Assembly: GCA_963765765.1 (NCBI GenBank)
Contig: CAVXYC010000010.1
Coordinates: forward strand, 128,001 to 192,000
DNA length: 64,000 nt
Reading direction: 5' to 3'
From: an uncultured Chloroflexia bacterium
Lineage (GTDB): Bacteria > Chloroflexota > UBA6077 > JACCZL01
Shown here one piece after another: positions 19,857 to 29,852 of this stretch. The notes beneath the pieces were generated by a model. It was not told the origin of the DNA, made no database searches, and saw nothing but the letters and a program-made list of their open reading frames with translations. Made by a program: the position numbers and the translations under genes. How positions within the stretch are numbered: position 1 is the stretch's first letter; each line of letters opens with the position of its first letter.

Positions 19857-21161
19857 ATGGGATCAGGCGACGAGCCGGGCCGTGCAAGCGAGACCCGGCT
19901 CGACAACAGGGGACTAGATCAGGGGCGCGGCCGGGCCAGGCTCTGGCTTTCGGGCGGGGTACTGGCGCTCATCGTCGTAGGCAGCATCGTCGCTTCCGCG
20001 CCCCCGGGCCGGCCCACCGAGGAGTATAGGGCGACAACCAGCGAGCCAACGCTGCACCAGCTGGCGTTGCTGGCGGCCGAAGTAAGCACGCCCATCCCGT
20101 CGACCATTGCGATGGGCCTGAACGCCCAGGCTCGAGGCTGCTCCTTCGTACTCGGTTTCGCCGAGCTACGGCAAATGATCGGTCCGGCCGTCGTGGGAGA
20201 CTGCCTGGAGGACCAGAGCGACGGTGAGAACGGCGACGCGGTCCAGCGGACAACGAACGGCTTGCTGGTCTGGCGCAAGGCGGATAACCGGGCAGCTTTC
20301 ACTGACGGAGCAACGACCTGGATCGACGGCCCCTATGGCCTCCAGAAGCGGGCGAGCGACCAACGGCTGGCCTGGGAAGAGGCTCTGCCGGGCGCGGTCC
20401 TACCCGGGCGACGGATCGTGTCGTACTACGGCAACCCGCTCTCGGCCGCGATGGGTATCCTTGGAGAGCTGCCGCCCCAACAGATGATGGCGCGCCTGCG
20501 CCAGCAGGCCGCGGCGTACGCCGCGGCCGACCCACTACGGCCGGTCCAGCCGGCCGTTGAGCTTGTCGCGATCGTGGCTCAGGAAGGGCCAGGAGCCGAC
20601 GGGATGTACCGCCTGCAGATGGACACCGAGCTCATCGAAGAGGTCGCGCAGTGGGCAGAGCAAAATGACTTCCTGCTAATCCTGGACGTACAGCCGGGGC
20701 GCAGCTCGGTTGCGGCCGAAGTGCGGGCGATGCTGCCGTTTCTGAAGCGCCCTTTCGTGCACCTGGCGCTGGACCCCGAGTTCGCGATGGCCACGAACCA
20801 GCGGCCCGGCCAGGCGATCGGAAGCATCGACGCGGCGGCGATCAACGACACCATCCGGATCCTTGGCCAGTTGGTGACGGCCGAGCAGCTGCCCCCCAAG
20901 CTGCTGATCGTGCACCGCTTCACCGAAAACATGGTGACCAACTACGACAAGATCCAGCTCGACCCGCGGGTGCAGGTGGCGATCGTAATGGATGGCTTCG
21001 GCTCACCCGCGGCAAAGATTGGCAGGCACCGGGAACTTGTGCGCGACCAGCCGGTGCAATTCGGCGGCTTCAAGTTGTTCTACCGTCAGGACGTACCGGT
21101 CATTACGCCGGACGAGGTGATCAAGCTGGATCCCTCACCGGATATCGTGATCTACCAGTAA
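19857..21161 (+). CDS. Membrane-anchored protein with a conserved uncharacterised domain
   Basis: TM helix, CSFVLGFAELR...GLLVWRKADN module, RIVSYYGNP, HLALDPEF, HRFT, MDGFG, GFKLFY, IYQ motifs. Confidence 0.85.
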   Translation: MGSGDEPGRASETRLDNRGLDQGRGRARLWLSGGVLALIVVGSIVASAPPGRPTEEYRATTSEPTLHQLALLAAEVSTPIPSTIAMGLNAQARGCSFVLGFAELRQMIGPAVVGDCLEDQSDGENGDAVQRTTNGLLVWRKADNRAAFTDGATTWIDGPYGLQKRASDQRLAWEEALPGAVLPGRRIVSYYGNPLSAAMGILGELPPQQMMARLRQQAAAYAAADPLRPVQPAVELVAIVAQEGPGADGMYRLQMDTELIEEVAQWAEQNDFLLILDVQPGRSSVAAEVRAMLPFLKRPFVHLALDPEFAMATNQRPGQAIGSIDAAAINDTIRILGQLVTAEQLPPKLLIVHRFTENMVTNYDKIQLDPRVQVAIVMDGFGSPAAKIGRHRELVRDQPVQFGGFKLFYRQDVPVITPDEVIKLDPSPDIVIYQ

Positions 21162-21363
21162 CAAACGGCGCCATCGCGAATGAGCCTGCGGACGCGCTCC
21201 GTGCCAGGTCGATCGAGGCTGTAGCCGCTCGCGGTATCGCGGATTGCTTCCACCACAGGCGGCTTCCCTACGCGCCGACCGCCACACTGACCATTGTGTA
21301 CGATGAGCAAACGCTAGTACCGGTAGCGGCCATCCCCTTCGAGGAAGACCCCAATTTGCCAGC

Positions 21364-21455
21364 GTGTCCACCTGGTCCAGTCCGTCTACCCACTCCGGGA
21401 GGTCAGGACGCACGCTACACATATGTGACCTTCCGCGCCCAATGGCCTCACGGAG
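21364..21455 (-). repeat. Second copy of the DLPEW gene fragment
   Basis: GRSHMCSVRPDLPEWVDGLDQV. Confidence 0.6.
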
Positions 21456-21877
21456 CGCCTCGCCGAAGGTCGGGCCAGGCTGGCCACGGCGGTATCTCGG
21501 GCGGCATGAGCACTTCGCACGGCATCCAGGAGCAAGGTGCATTCCGACGTCGTGAGGGCAACTCCTGGAGCGCCTCGTGGATGAGTCGGCGGTAGCGCGC
21601 CGCTCGCGCCTGCTCAGTCCTGCGCCTACGCGAGCTTGTTGTTTTTGGGTCCACGGTGGGAGGAATCGCGCGGCCGCGCCTCATCCATCATCCCGATGAC
21701 TATTACGCCAGCACCAGCGCCGCATTACCAGGACATCTCCGTTCGCCGTCACGCTGGAGCTGCGTCCGGGCCGGAGTCGCACGCTGTCGCTCGATCCCGA
21801 GCCGCAGTCGGAACTGGTACGCTCTCCAGCGCCCGCAGGGTGCGGCGTGTACGCCGCGATGGACTTGGTAGGCAAAT

Positions 21878-22495
21878 GTGCCACGACGGCGTTCGCAGGA
21901 GCCGCCGTGGCGCCGCGGAGGACTCGTGGATGACTCGAGGCGGACGCTACCGGGCGTAACCGTCGAGCGACCAGCCTCGCTCGGGACCCAGAGCGGGGCG
22001 GTCCCGGCCTGGGTGTTCGTGCTGGTGGTTACCCTGCCGGTCGCGGTCGGCTGGTTCGTTGCTCTGTCCCTCGATCTCTCCTGGGTCCGTGCGTCGGCCG
22101 GAGCGCGGGTCGCGACCGCGCGCGGGCCCGTCGCGAGCGACCGCGGCACCAACGTGCCTGACGCGCCGACCGCCGCGGCGCCGGAGGCGGACGCTCGGCC
22201 GGCGCCGGGCCCCGGTGAGGCTGCCCGGGTGGCGCACACGGACGGGCAGGGCGTGGTGCTCCGCACCGCGCCGCGCGAGGACGCCCGGGTGCCGCGCGGC
22301 CTGCTCGAGGGGGCCCGGGTGACCGTGCTCGAGCGGCCTGACGGCGAGTGGGCGCATGTGCGCGGTGAGACCGGGCTGGAAGGATGGGTACCGATCGAGT
22401 TCCTTGCGGCGCTCCGACTGAATGGCCCGTGCACCATTGGGATCCTTGGACGCCACGTCGGAATACCCATGCCCGTATATGCTAGGCGTCTCTAG
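21878..22495 (+). CDS. TM plus bacterial SH3-domain protein
   Basis: VAHTDGQGVVLRTAPR...LLEGARVTVL...WAHVRGETGLEGWVPIEFL; start uncertain. Confidence 0.75.
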   Translation: MPRRRSQEPPWRRGGLVDDSRRTLPGVTVERPASLGTQSGAVPAWVFVLVVTLPVAVGWFVALSLDLSWVRASAGARVATARGPVASDRGTNVPDAPTAAAPEADARPAPGPGEAARVAHTDGQGVVLRTAPREDARVPRGLLEGARVTVLERPDGEWAHVRGETGLEGWVPIEFLAALRLNGPCTIGILGRHVGIPMPVYARRL

Positions 22496-22642
22496 GGACT
22501 TTCGCCTCCCTAGCGATTGGCCGGGATTCCGCCTGCAGTCGCTATCCGGGAATTCCAGAAGCGTCGCGGCCAGCTATCGCGCGATCAGCCCACACAGGCT
22601 GATAGCGGCGATCGTGCCTACGGGTCGAAGTGATGAATTCGA

Positions 22643-23563
22643 TCACGGCTGGGTCCAGCATTGCCGAAAGCGAACGTCGACCACCTGATCGTAGGGCACC
22701 GGACCGGGCAGGTAGCCAATGGCCTGGGCGAATGCGTTCATGGTGGCAACGGCTTCCTCGGTGATGACGGGATCGTAAAATCCGACATCGCGCTGGATCG
22801 TCCGCACTATAAGCTCCGCCGCATCCGGCGGAAACTTGCCCTGCCCGATCTTCTGCGCGAGGGACGGATCGGCGCGCAGCATGCGTTGTGCCTTGACGAT
22901 GGCTCGCACGGCGGTCTCGACGCCAGCCGAGTTGCTTTCGAGATAGGTATCGGTCGTTGCCAATGCGGCAAAGGAGAAATGGCGCACGTCGGCGGGATCG
23001 TCGCCGCGCCGGACGTCGATGAGGACCTTTCCGGCGCCGCTGTCGACGACGGTTTCAGCACCCAGGGCGTTCGCCCAGAAGCCATCGATCTGCCCGGCTT
23101 CCAGCGCACGCGCAGCAGCTACCCCGAACGACACATCGCGGCCGCGCGTTGCGACCAGGTCCACCACGATCTCGAAGTCGCGGCCCGGTAGGATGCCGGC
23201 GCGGATGGCCATCTGCTCCAGTGCTGCAACGGGTCCCTCGGCGGCGGCCAGGCGCAGACCCTTGATCGCGCTGAGGTCGCCCTGCTTCGCGGCAAGGTCG
23301 GCGCGCACGACCAGCAGCCAGGGCGTTCCCTGCGAGAGCGCGACGACGAGCTTGGCACCGTTCCATCCCGGGAATTCCTTCAGAATCCAGTGGACGGCAC
23401 CCATGGCGAGCAGATCGACGTCACCACTGCGCAGTGCCTGCACGCCCGTCGGCCGCAATTCGATCGAGACATCAAGTCCCTCGGCCTTGAACAGTCCCAA
23501 TTCATCGGCGGCCAGCAGGGGAAAGCAGGTGTTGCTGATAAGGTCGACCGTAGCAATGCGCAT
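22643..23563 (-). CDS. NMT1/THI5/SsuA-like ABC substrate-binding protein
   Basis: ADELGLFKAEGLDV, ALRSGDVD, ALEAGQIDG, AVRAIVKAQ. Confidence 0.85.
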   Translation of the reverse strand: MRIATVDLISNTCFPLLAADELGLFKAEGLDVSIELRPTGVQALRSGDVDLLAMGAVHWILKEFPGWNGAKLVVALSQGTPWLLVVRADLAAKQGDLSAIKGLRLAAAEGPVAALEQMAIRAGILPGRDFEIVVDLVATRGRDVSFGVAAARALEAGQIDGFWANALGAETVVDSGAGKVLIDVRRGDDPADVRHFSFAALATTDTYLESNSAGVETAVRAIVKAQRMLRADPSLAQKIGQGKFPPDAAELIVRTIQRDVGFYDPVITEEAVATMNAFAQAIGYLPGPVPYDQVVDVRFRQCWTQP

Positions 23564-23751
23564 GGTTGGTCTCGTTCCTTGCAGCGCGTCTCCGGGTCCA
23601 GGAACCATAGGAAAGTAGCGACTTCAGATCCCTACCGCCACTTCGCTATAGGTCTCCATCTGCGTCGCAACCTGGTTTTCGCCCGGCTTACCCGAGTCAA
23701 TCGGGTGCCAGCATCTGCACTTCGTAAGCGTCGTCGCCTGGCCCATACGGA

Positions 23752-24084
23752 CTATTGTTCGTGGCCGCGCACGAAGTGAGCAGCTTCCTGTTCTCTCTCG
23801 ACGACCACCTCGATGATGTCGTGGACCAGCCGGACGTCGCCTACCCTCTTGCCTTCGCGGGCCAGTTCCTCGATCCAATCGGACCGGTGCTCGCGGAGAT
23901 GATCGAGTACCCGGAGTTTCACGTTGGGGGCGACGGTGACGGAGTCCATCCGGACGCTGCCCACGGACTGGCCCGGATGCTCGCCGAGGCTGAGCGGATC
24001 ATCGTACATGTCCTCGTACCCGCTCGGCTGCTCCGTGCGAGCCGAGCGGCGCTGAAGGAACTCCAGAAAGTGCGGAAAAGGCAT
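23752..24084 (-). CDS. Hypothetical protein
   Basis: Natural composition; start uncertain (24084 or about 24008). Confidence 0.45.
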   Translation of the reverse strand: MPFPHFLEFLQRRSARTEQPSGYEDMYDDPLSLGEHPGQSVGSVRMDSVTVAPNVKLRVLDHLREHRSDWIEELAREGKRVGDVRLVHDIIEVVVEREQEAAHFVRGHEQ

Positions 24085-24445
24085 CAGTAACGCAGTGATA
24101 CTCCCGAGCACACCTGTCGCGCCAGGGCCCGGCGCACAAAAGACAAGGGGCCAAGACCATGCTCGGCCTGCTCGGTACGGGTGATGCCTCCGAGCGCCAT
24201 CACCAACGTTTCGCTCGGCTGAACCGTTCCCCACCATTACAGACCGGCCTTCGGTGATCCGGACGACATCCAAATCGAGCTGTTCGCGCCGCCCAGTCGT
24301 CGAGCCGGGGTATGCAGCCACGCTTCAGACCCGGCGGACGATGACCAAGTCTCCGTCCGCCGAGCGCTGGCACACGCATTCTGCGGATGAACTATCCCGG
24401 CTCATACAGGGGCACTGCGAGCTCGCTCTGTGGCTGTCGTGAGCG

Positions 24446-24745
24446 TTAGCGGCTCCAGAATCGCCACCGACGGCGCCGCAGTGTCTGCTGCTCTGCTGAT
24501 GCGGGAGTTCCTTCAACGAGCGTGCCTTGGCCCGCCAGCGCGTCCAGCACCGTCGACGGCAGGGCGCCTGCGTCGTCGAGCGCCCGTTGATACCATTCCT
24601 CACGCTGCGGGCTCGTCTGACGTCGGTTCTTCAGCACACGGATCGTCTCCATCAGCGCCTCCACCGTATCCGAACTCGCCTCACGGTAAGGCGAGTTCTC
24701 GGGTGCGATACCTTCGTGCGACCGCACATCGTCGGGTGGCTCCAC
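24446..24745 (-). CDS. Hypothetical protein with a basic/Trp C-terminal tail
   Basis: Helical ORF ending RRRRWRFWSR. Confidence 0.45.
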   Translation of the reverse strand: MEPPDDVRSHEGIAPENSPYREASSDTVEALMETIRVLKNRRQTSPQREEWYQRALDDAGALPSTVLDALAGQGTLVEGTPASAEQQTLRRRRWRFWSR

Positions 24746-25312
24746 CAGGAGCCGGAAGCCTCGCGGCGTCCGTGCCGGCTGTTATTGCAAGAACCCGGCC
24801 TTACCACGCCGTTTGACCGTCACGCGGGATCGTGCCAGAAGTCAGCCACGCGGACACGCGCGCGATGGTCACAACCAAGTCACTTCTTCCGCCCAATGTG
24901 GGGAGACACACGCGTGCACACGGCAAAAGACGCCCGATGTGGGCCTCGTGGGTATCGATAGAAGGCGCTATCGTCGAACTCATTCGTCCAGGCATCCGTC
25001 TAGCGCTCGTTCTCGGGCTGCCTGTAATTGGCGAAGAGCCAACCAACCCTCACTGACGTAATCGCCGCTGTGGCGTCACGGAAGGGCGGCTGCGTCACCG
25101 TGACCGAGGTGTACGTTGTGGAGCCCACCACACAGCGCGTCCGGTTCCACGTGCACACGGATCCGCTCAGCAGCGGCAGCCTGATCTGGACCGCCAGCGC
25201 TCACCGGTTCACCCTTGGTGAGGAGACCGCGTGAGAGCAAAACCCCCGCCGCCTCGAAGACTAACGACGGAGACTGCCGTGTTCTGCGCTCCGAGCACTC
25301 CAGGGTCAGCGA

Positions 25313-25537
25313 TCACTGACCCAACGATGCAAGCCACTCATCTCGGAGCGCGGTCACCTTCCCGTAGAGCACGGCCTCGGCCTCACACGCAGCCCTGAGT
25401 GCCTCCGAGCGAATGCCGGATTCTGGGCGTACATCCGCGGGGACGCCGCGCTCCATGTCTTGACAATGATCCGCGGCCATCGTCCACTCGCTGACCGCCG
25501 CCAGCAGCTCGGAATGGATTCCCTCTGACGTTCGCAT
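25313..25537 (-). CDS. Small hypothetical helical protein
   Basis: GAGGAG RBS before the ATG. Confidence 0.5.
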   Translation of the reverse strand: MRTSEGIHSELLAAVSEWTMAADHCQDMERGVPADVRPESGIRSEALRAACEAEAVLYGKVTALRDEWLASLGQ

Positions 25538-26056
25538 GCGTGCTCCTCTTCCTCGTTGTCACCGTTGTCCGTTCGCTCCCCTATCGCCCCGAACGCTTCG
25601 CGGCACCGACGAAGCATCGAACGCCCTACCGACGGGTCCGAAGGCCGGTGCTCTTTCGGCGCACGAGGGGGACTGAATTTCGACGCTCAAGCCTCATGCT
25701 ACCGGCCACCGCCCGTCTGGTCTTCGTACCCGGGGCCCAGGGCTTCTGAACACCATTCCGAACAACCGTCGTGATTCGGACCGATTACCCGGTCTGTGCT
25801 TTGACGAGTTAACCTGGTCCGCTCACGCGAGCTTTCGGGCGCTCGGCGGTGCGGCGGGTGGAGATCACCTCGACGGGGAGCTGCGGCTTGAACAGGACGT
25901 CTCTGCCGCTCGCAGGTGCCTCATGGCGACGATATAGAGTACTTCGCAGACTGTTTGCTATGCGTTCCATACGGGCGGTTTTTCCCGGGTCAGTACGCTC
26001 CTCCGAAGCGAGCGTACTGATCGAACGCTGCGGCGTTGCGGCTTCCCTACCAGCCG

Positions 26057-26212
26057 CTAGACGCGCCCCCGCCCGCCGACGCCACGGAGCACGTTACCAA
26101 GGACCACCACCACTGCTAGGACCAGCAGCAGGTGCATGATGTCACCCAGATGCGCAAAGAAGTATCCGATGAGCCACAGTGTCGCGAGTACCGCTGCAAT
26201 TATCCAGAGCAT
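26057..26212 (-). CDS. lmo0937-family (DUF5670) small membrane protein
   Basis: GGAGG RBS; manual translation MLWIIAAVLATLWLIGYFFAHLGDIMHLLLVLAVVVVLGNVLRGVGGRGRV*. Below the ORF-track size cutoff. Confidence 0.8.
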   Translation of the reverse strand: MLWIIAAVLATLWLIGYFFAHLGDIMHLLLVLAVVVVLGNVLRGVGGRGRV

Positions 26213-26655
26213 TTGTCAATTCCTCCAGGTGATTCCTCAGTACACCGATACCCGACCGCAGTGCAGGCCTTGGGCCGCGGTACGCCAGGCAGATCACCCT
26301 CCGGGGAGGTAGGTCTATAGCGATGCTCGTCGTGGCCAAGATTCAGCGGATCGATGCGGCAGCCTCTTGCCGATCAGTCCGCCGCTATCCCACAGCGGGG
26401 CCTTGATAGATGGCATGATGGCTTGCGACGCTGTGGAGATTAGCCGATTGCCCGAGCAGCAGCTGGGACTCGGCGAGGGCGGCCGGGAAATCGTAGGTCG
26501 CGTCAATTGGGCCGGATCTGTCAAAAGTGACTGGCTAGCGGGATTCGAGAACTGGCGTAGGCCGAACACCTTCACACCGCGCGCACAACGTGGCGGCGTA
26601 CTTGATCGATAGCGGGCGGATGGAGTCGTACGAGACCGCTTAGCCAGGGCGACCA

Positions 26656-27341
26656 TTAGGCGGAGTTGATCGGCAGAATCAGCTCTGCGCCCTCATTCGC
26701 AGCGGTGTTCACCCTGGTACTGACGGGTGTGGCGATCATGGCATCGGCCGGGTACGGCGTGAGCGAGCGTGAGCGCCTCCGAGGTGTCGGTCATCTTCGG
26801 ATCGAGCCACACGTCTTCCAGGGCCGGGAGGAGGATCGCCGGCATGCGGTTGTGGATGGACGCCATCAGCTCGTTGGGCGTGGTGGTGATGATGGCGGCC
26901 GTCCCGCCCGGATTCGATGCCGTCGGCAACGTGTAGATCCCCGCAAATCCGAACAGGCTCGTGTCCTGGAGCTGGACGTACATGGGCTGCTTGGTCTTCG
27001 TGTCGGGATCGATCATCTTCCACTCGTAGAAGCCATCCGCGGGGATGATGCAGCGGTACTTGGCCACGCTCGACCGGAACATGCCGCTGGTGGCGAGCGT
27101 CTCGGCGCGAGCATTGATGGGCGGTGGGCGCTTGCCCGGTTTCCCGTCCATGAAGAAGGGCACAAAGCCCCACTTCGCCATCCGCAGCTCACGAGCTCCA
27201 TTCGAGTGCTGCACCGCTATGGGGATGTCCTGACTGGGTGCCACGTTGAAGCGGGGCGTGATCGTCCGTCTCGGCAAACTCTTCGAGGCCGAACCGCCGC
27301 TTCAATGGGCTGGGATCAGCCAGCGTGTAGCGTCCACACAT
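26656..27341 (-). pseudogene. SRAP (SOS response-associated peptidase), frameshifted
   Basis: MCGRY start, PRFNVAPSQ, INARAET, RCIIPADGFYEW, IHNRMPAIL; frameshifts near 27265 and 26760. Confidence 0.88.
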
Positions 27342-27517
27342 ACAGCACAATTTTACCGACTACCTACGTGCCGAGCTGATGCTTCCCCACGTCCCAGGTC
27401 CTCGGCTCCGACAACTGTCGGCCATCCGACAGTCTAGATATCGGGTCGGAGACAGCGCGGACCCCACTCGCGAGGGATGATCACTGTAGAAACGTCATAC
27501 CCAAGGAGAGCCCGCTT

Positions 27518-27727
27518 ATGACCACACACACCATCGCGACGAACGCACGCTACGGATACGGACTAATCGCTCTCTTCAATGCGCTGGTGCTCTGCATCGC
27601 GTTGCTTCAGGCGTCGACCGGCTCCGCCGAGGAGAAGGATGAGAGGGCGTTCGCGGCGACAACCCCGACACCATCCGCAACCGTCGGGCTCAATTACTCC
27701 AAGGTCGTGATGGAATACGCCCGATAG
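27518..27727 (+). CDS. Small secreted/membrane peptide
   Basis: AAGGAG RBS, hydrophobic signal, ends LNYSKVVMEYAR. Confidence 0.6.
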   Translation: MTTHTIATNARYGYGLIALFNALVLCIALLQASTGSAEEKDERAFAATTPTPSATVGLNYSKVVMEYAR

Positions 27728-28321
27728 CGTCGGCCAGGGTCTCCGCGTATCCCCCATCCAGGAGATCGCCTGACCCCAGCAGCTCCGCCCACGGAATCAA
27801 GAGCCGACAGTGGACCTGTCACCGGGCGGGCTGGATTGCCTGAACGAAGGAGCCCGTTCGGGCCATGCCGAATCGCACAAGTTCGCCCCATCTCGTCAGG
27901 ATTGCATTAATGGACGCTCAGTGAACGGGTGCGGATGTGCTACGCTGACCGGGTAGCCGAGCGGACCCGCTTAACCACAACAGGCCCGCTGACTATGGAG
28001 ACCCTGGCCGTTGGACTTGCTGCAAAGCAGGCCACAAAGACCAGGGTTTTGTTTTGCCCGTCATTAGCCTTTCTGGCTGGATCACCTGGTTGGCGTCGAA
28101 CCGAACCACGCGCATTGCTCACGGGCGCCGCGAGCAGGTTCTAGGACACCACCCCGCCGAGGCCGTTTCTCGTGCTGCTGTGAGGCGGTTCTAGGGGCAT
28201 ACCGTTGCACGTACGGTCCGCATACAGGCATTTCCCATCCTGTTACTGTGTGCGGACATGCATTAATACCTGTATGGTGTATATGCATTCCTCCATAGTG
28301 CGAGAAGGCGTTGACCCCGCG

Positions 28322-28572
28322 ATGGAAGGGGGTAAGTCCGTTGGACACTTCTCAGCGCACTGACAAAGATCTCGTAGAACGTCTGACTGCCCGCGAGATC
28401 GAGGTGCTGCGTCTCGTGGCGGAAGGGTGCGATAACCAGACGATCGCGACCCTCCTCGTGCTCGATCGGGCCACCATTCGCAACACACGTCGAGGCGGTG
28501 CTCACCAAACTTGACGCGCCTTCGCGGCTGCACGCGGTAGCACGAGCGGTGCGATTGGGACTCTGCGGCTAA
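28322..28572 (+). pseudogene. LuxR-type HTH regulator with a frameshift near 28487
   Basis: LTAREIEVLRLVAEGCDNQTIA, then (H)VEAVLTKLDAPSRLHAVARAVRLGL in another frame. Confidence 0.85.
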
Positions 28573-29123
28573 ACGAGCTCGGGGGCGGACTGTCGGGTGA
28601 ATATCGGGCTCACTGAATCCAGTTCAGTGAGCGCCTTGACTCGCACGCTCGGTCCAGTCCAGGTGCCTTACTGCTCTCGTCGAGGCAGCCGGTTCGCGGT
28701 CCGCCAGTTGAGCACGAAGCCAGCGGAACATCGCGGCCCCATCGCCGTCCGTATGTCCGGCAGCCCGATACTCCGCTCGAGGCGGTCAATGATGGGAGCC
28801 GCGGCCAATCGCAGCTCTGCGAAGGCCTCGTCCGACGGGCTCCGCTCAACGGTGTGAAGCGCCACCCGGAATCGCCCGAGCAGAGCGTCTCGGTCCTGAT
28901 CGTTCGTCCTATGAGGGCTCATTGTTTCACACATCTGCAAGTAACTCCGGTAGCCTCTAACTCGTCCACATCCGCCACCCGACCCACACCGCAGGCTGCG
29001 CTGTTCCTCCAGTATTCTGCAAAAAGTGGCGGCTGAGATAGATGCACCGTGACATAAAAATGCACGCAGATAGGCACCAATTTCGTTGAGTAGAGGTCGA
29101 GGACACCATCCCGCCCCCACCGC

Positions 29124-29234
29124 GAGCGTCGAAAGAGCGCCACGCTCGTGACGAGCAACCGTGGCGCTCTTGGCTAAAGAGCGGTACCCCCGTCGTCCCC
29201 GAAGCCAGGGGTACCACTCTTTAGCCAGACGCTC
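29124..29234 (-). ncRNA. Candidate three-way-junction structured RNA
   Basis: Closing stem GAGCGTC/GACGCTC, a 12-bp stem (29133-29171) and a 19-bp stem (29172-29226) whose single C.A mismatch becomes G.U on the minus strand. Confidence 0.5.
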
Positions 29235-29442
29235 ATGGAGCATCCCCCGTTCCTATTCCAGGATCGCTTCAGCGCCAGCGTCCTGCGAACCAGTCACCAA
29301 CCTGAAGGGGCAGCCAGCCCACTACCCAGCCCTGCTGAGGGCCCATTCTCGTCCCGCTGTGACAAAGATGCACGGTCTGGTGGTGTATTTCGCGTAGCGG
29401 CGTGGGTGGTCCATTGCGTTCAATAGGGATAGTGAGGCAGCG

Positions 29443-29830
29443 ATGGACATCGAACAAAGACTCGGACGGCTGGAACGCGAGAACAAGCGGCTAAAGGTCT
29501 TTGGCATCCTGATGACGGCGAGGCCCCTGCGTGCCATGGTCATCATGTCTGACATTCGATGGGTGTGTGCGTCCCGATCCGCCGCAGACTTCATTCAGCG
29601 CGCGAACCAGCGTTTGACGCGTGTTCCCACGGCCCCAGCGTTCCTCGGCCTGCTGTGAGCCTGGATTGCGTCTCCTGGCTCTCACGTCGCGTGTGCGCGT
29701 CCTGTCCGTCTAGCGCATAGCGGAGGCGGTTATGGATCTGGAGCAGCGAGTGGCCCGGCTCGAGCGGGAGAATCGACGGTTGAAGGTTATTGACATCGTG
29801 ATGATGGCGACCGTGATACGGCCATCATGC
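29443..29830 (+). pseudogene. Two tandem 5' fragments of a coiled-coil/TM gene (starts 29443 and 29732)
   Basis: MDIEQRLGRLERENKRLKVFGIL and MDLEQRVARLERENRRLKVIDIV, each with an RBS. Confidence 0.6.
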
Positions 29831-29852
29831 CTGGCCCAGCCAGGCATCCGAT

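Noticed and set aside
28195-28225. Group II intron domain V (GCACGTACGGT)
   Set aside because: The 5' AGC triad arm is missing and no reverse transcriptase is nearby.
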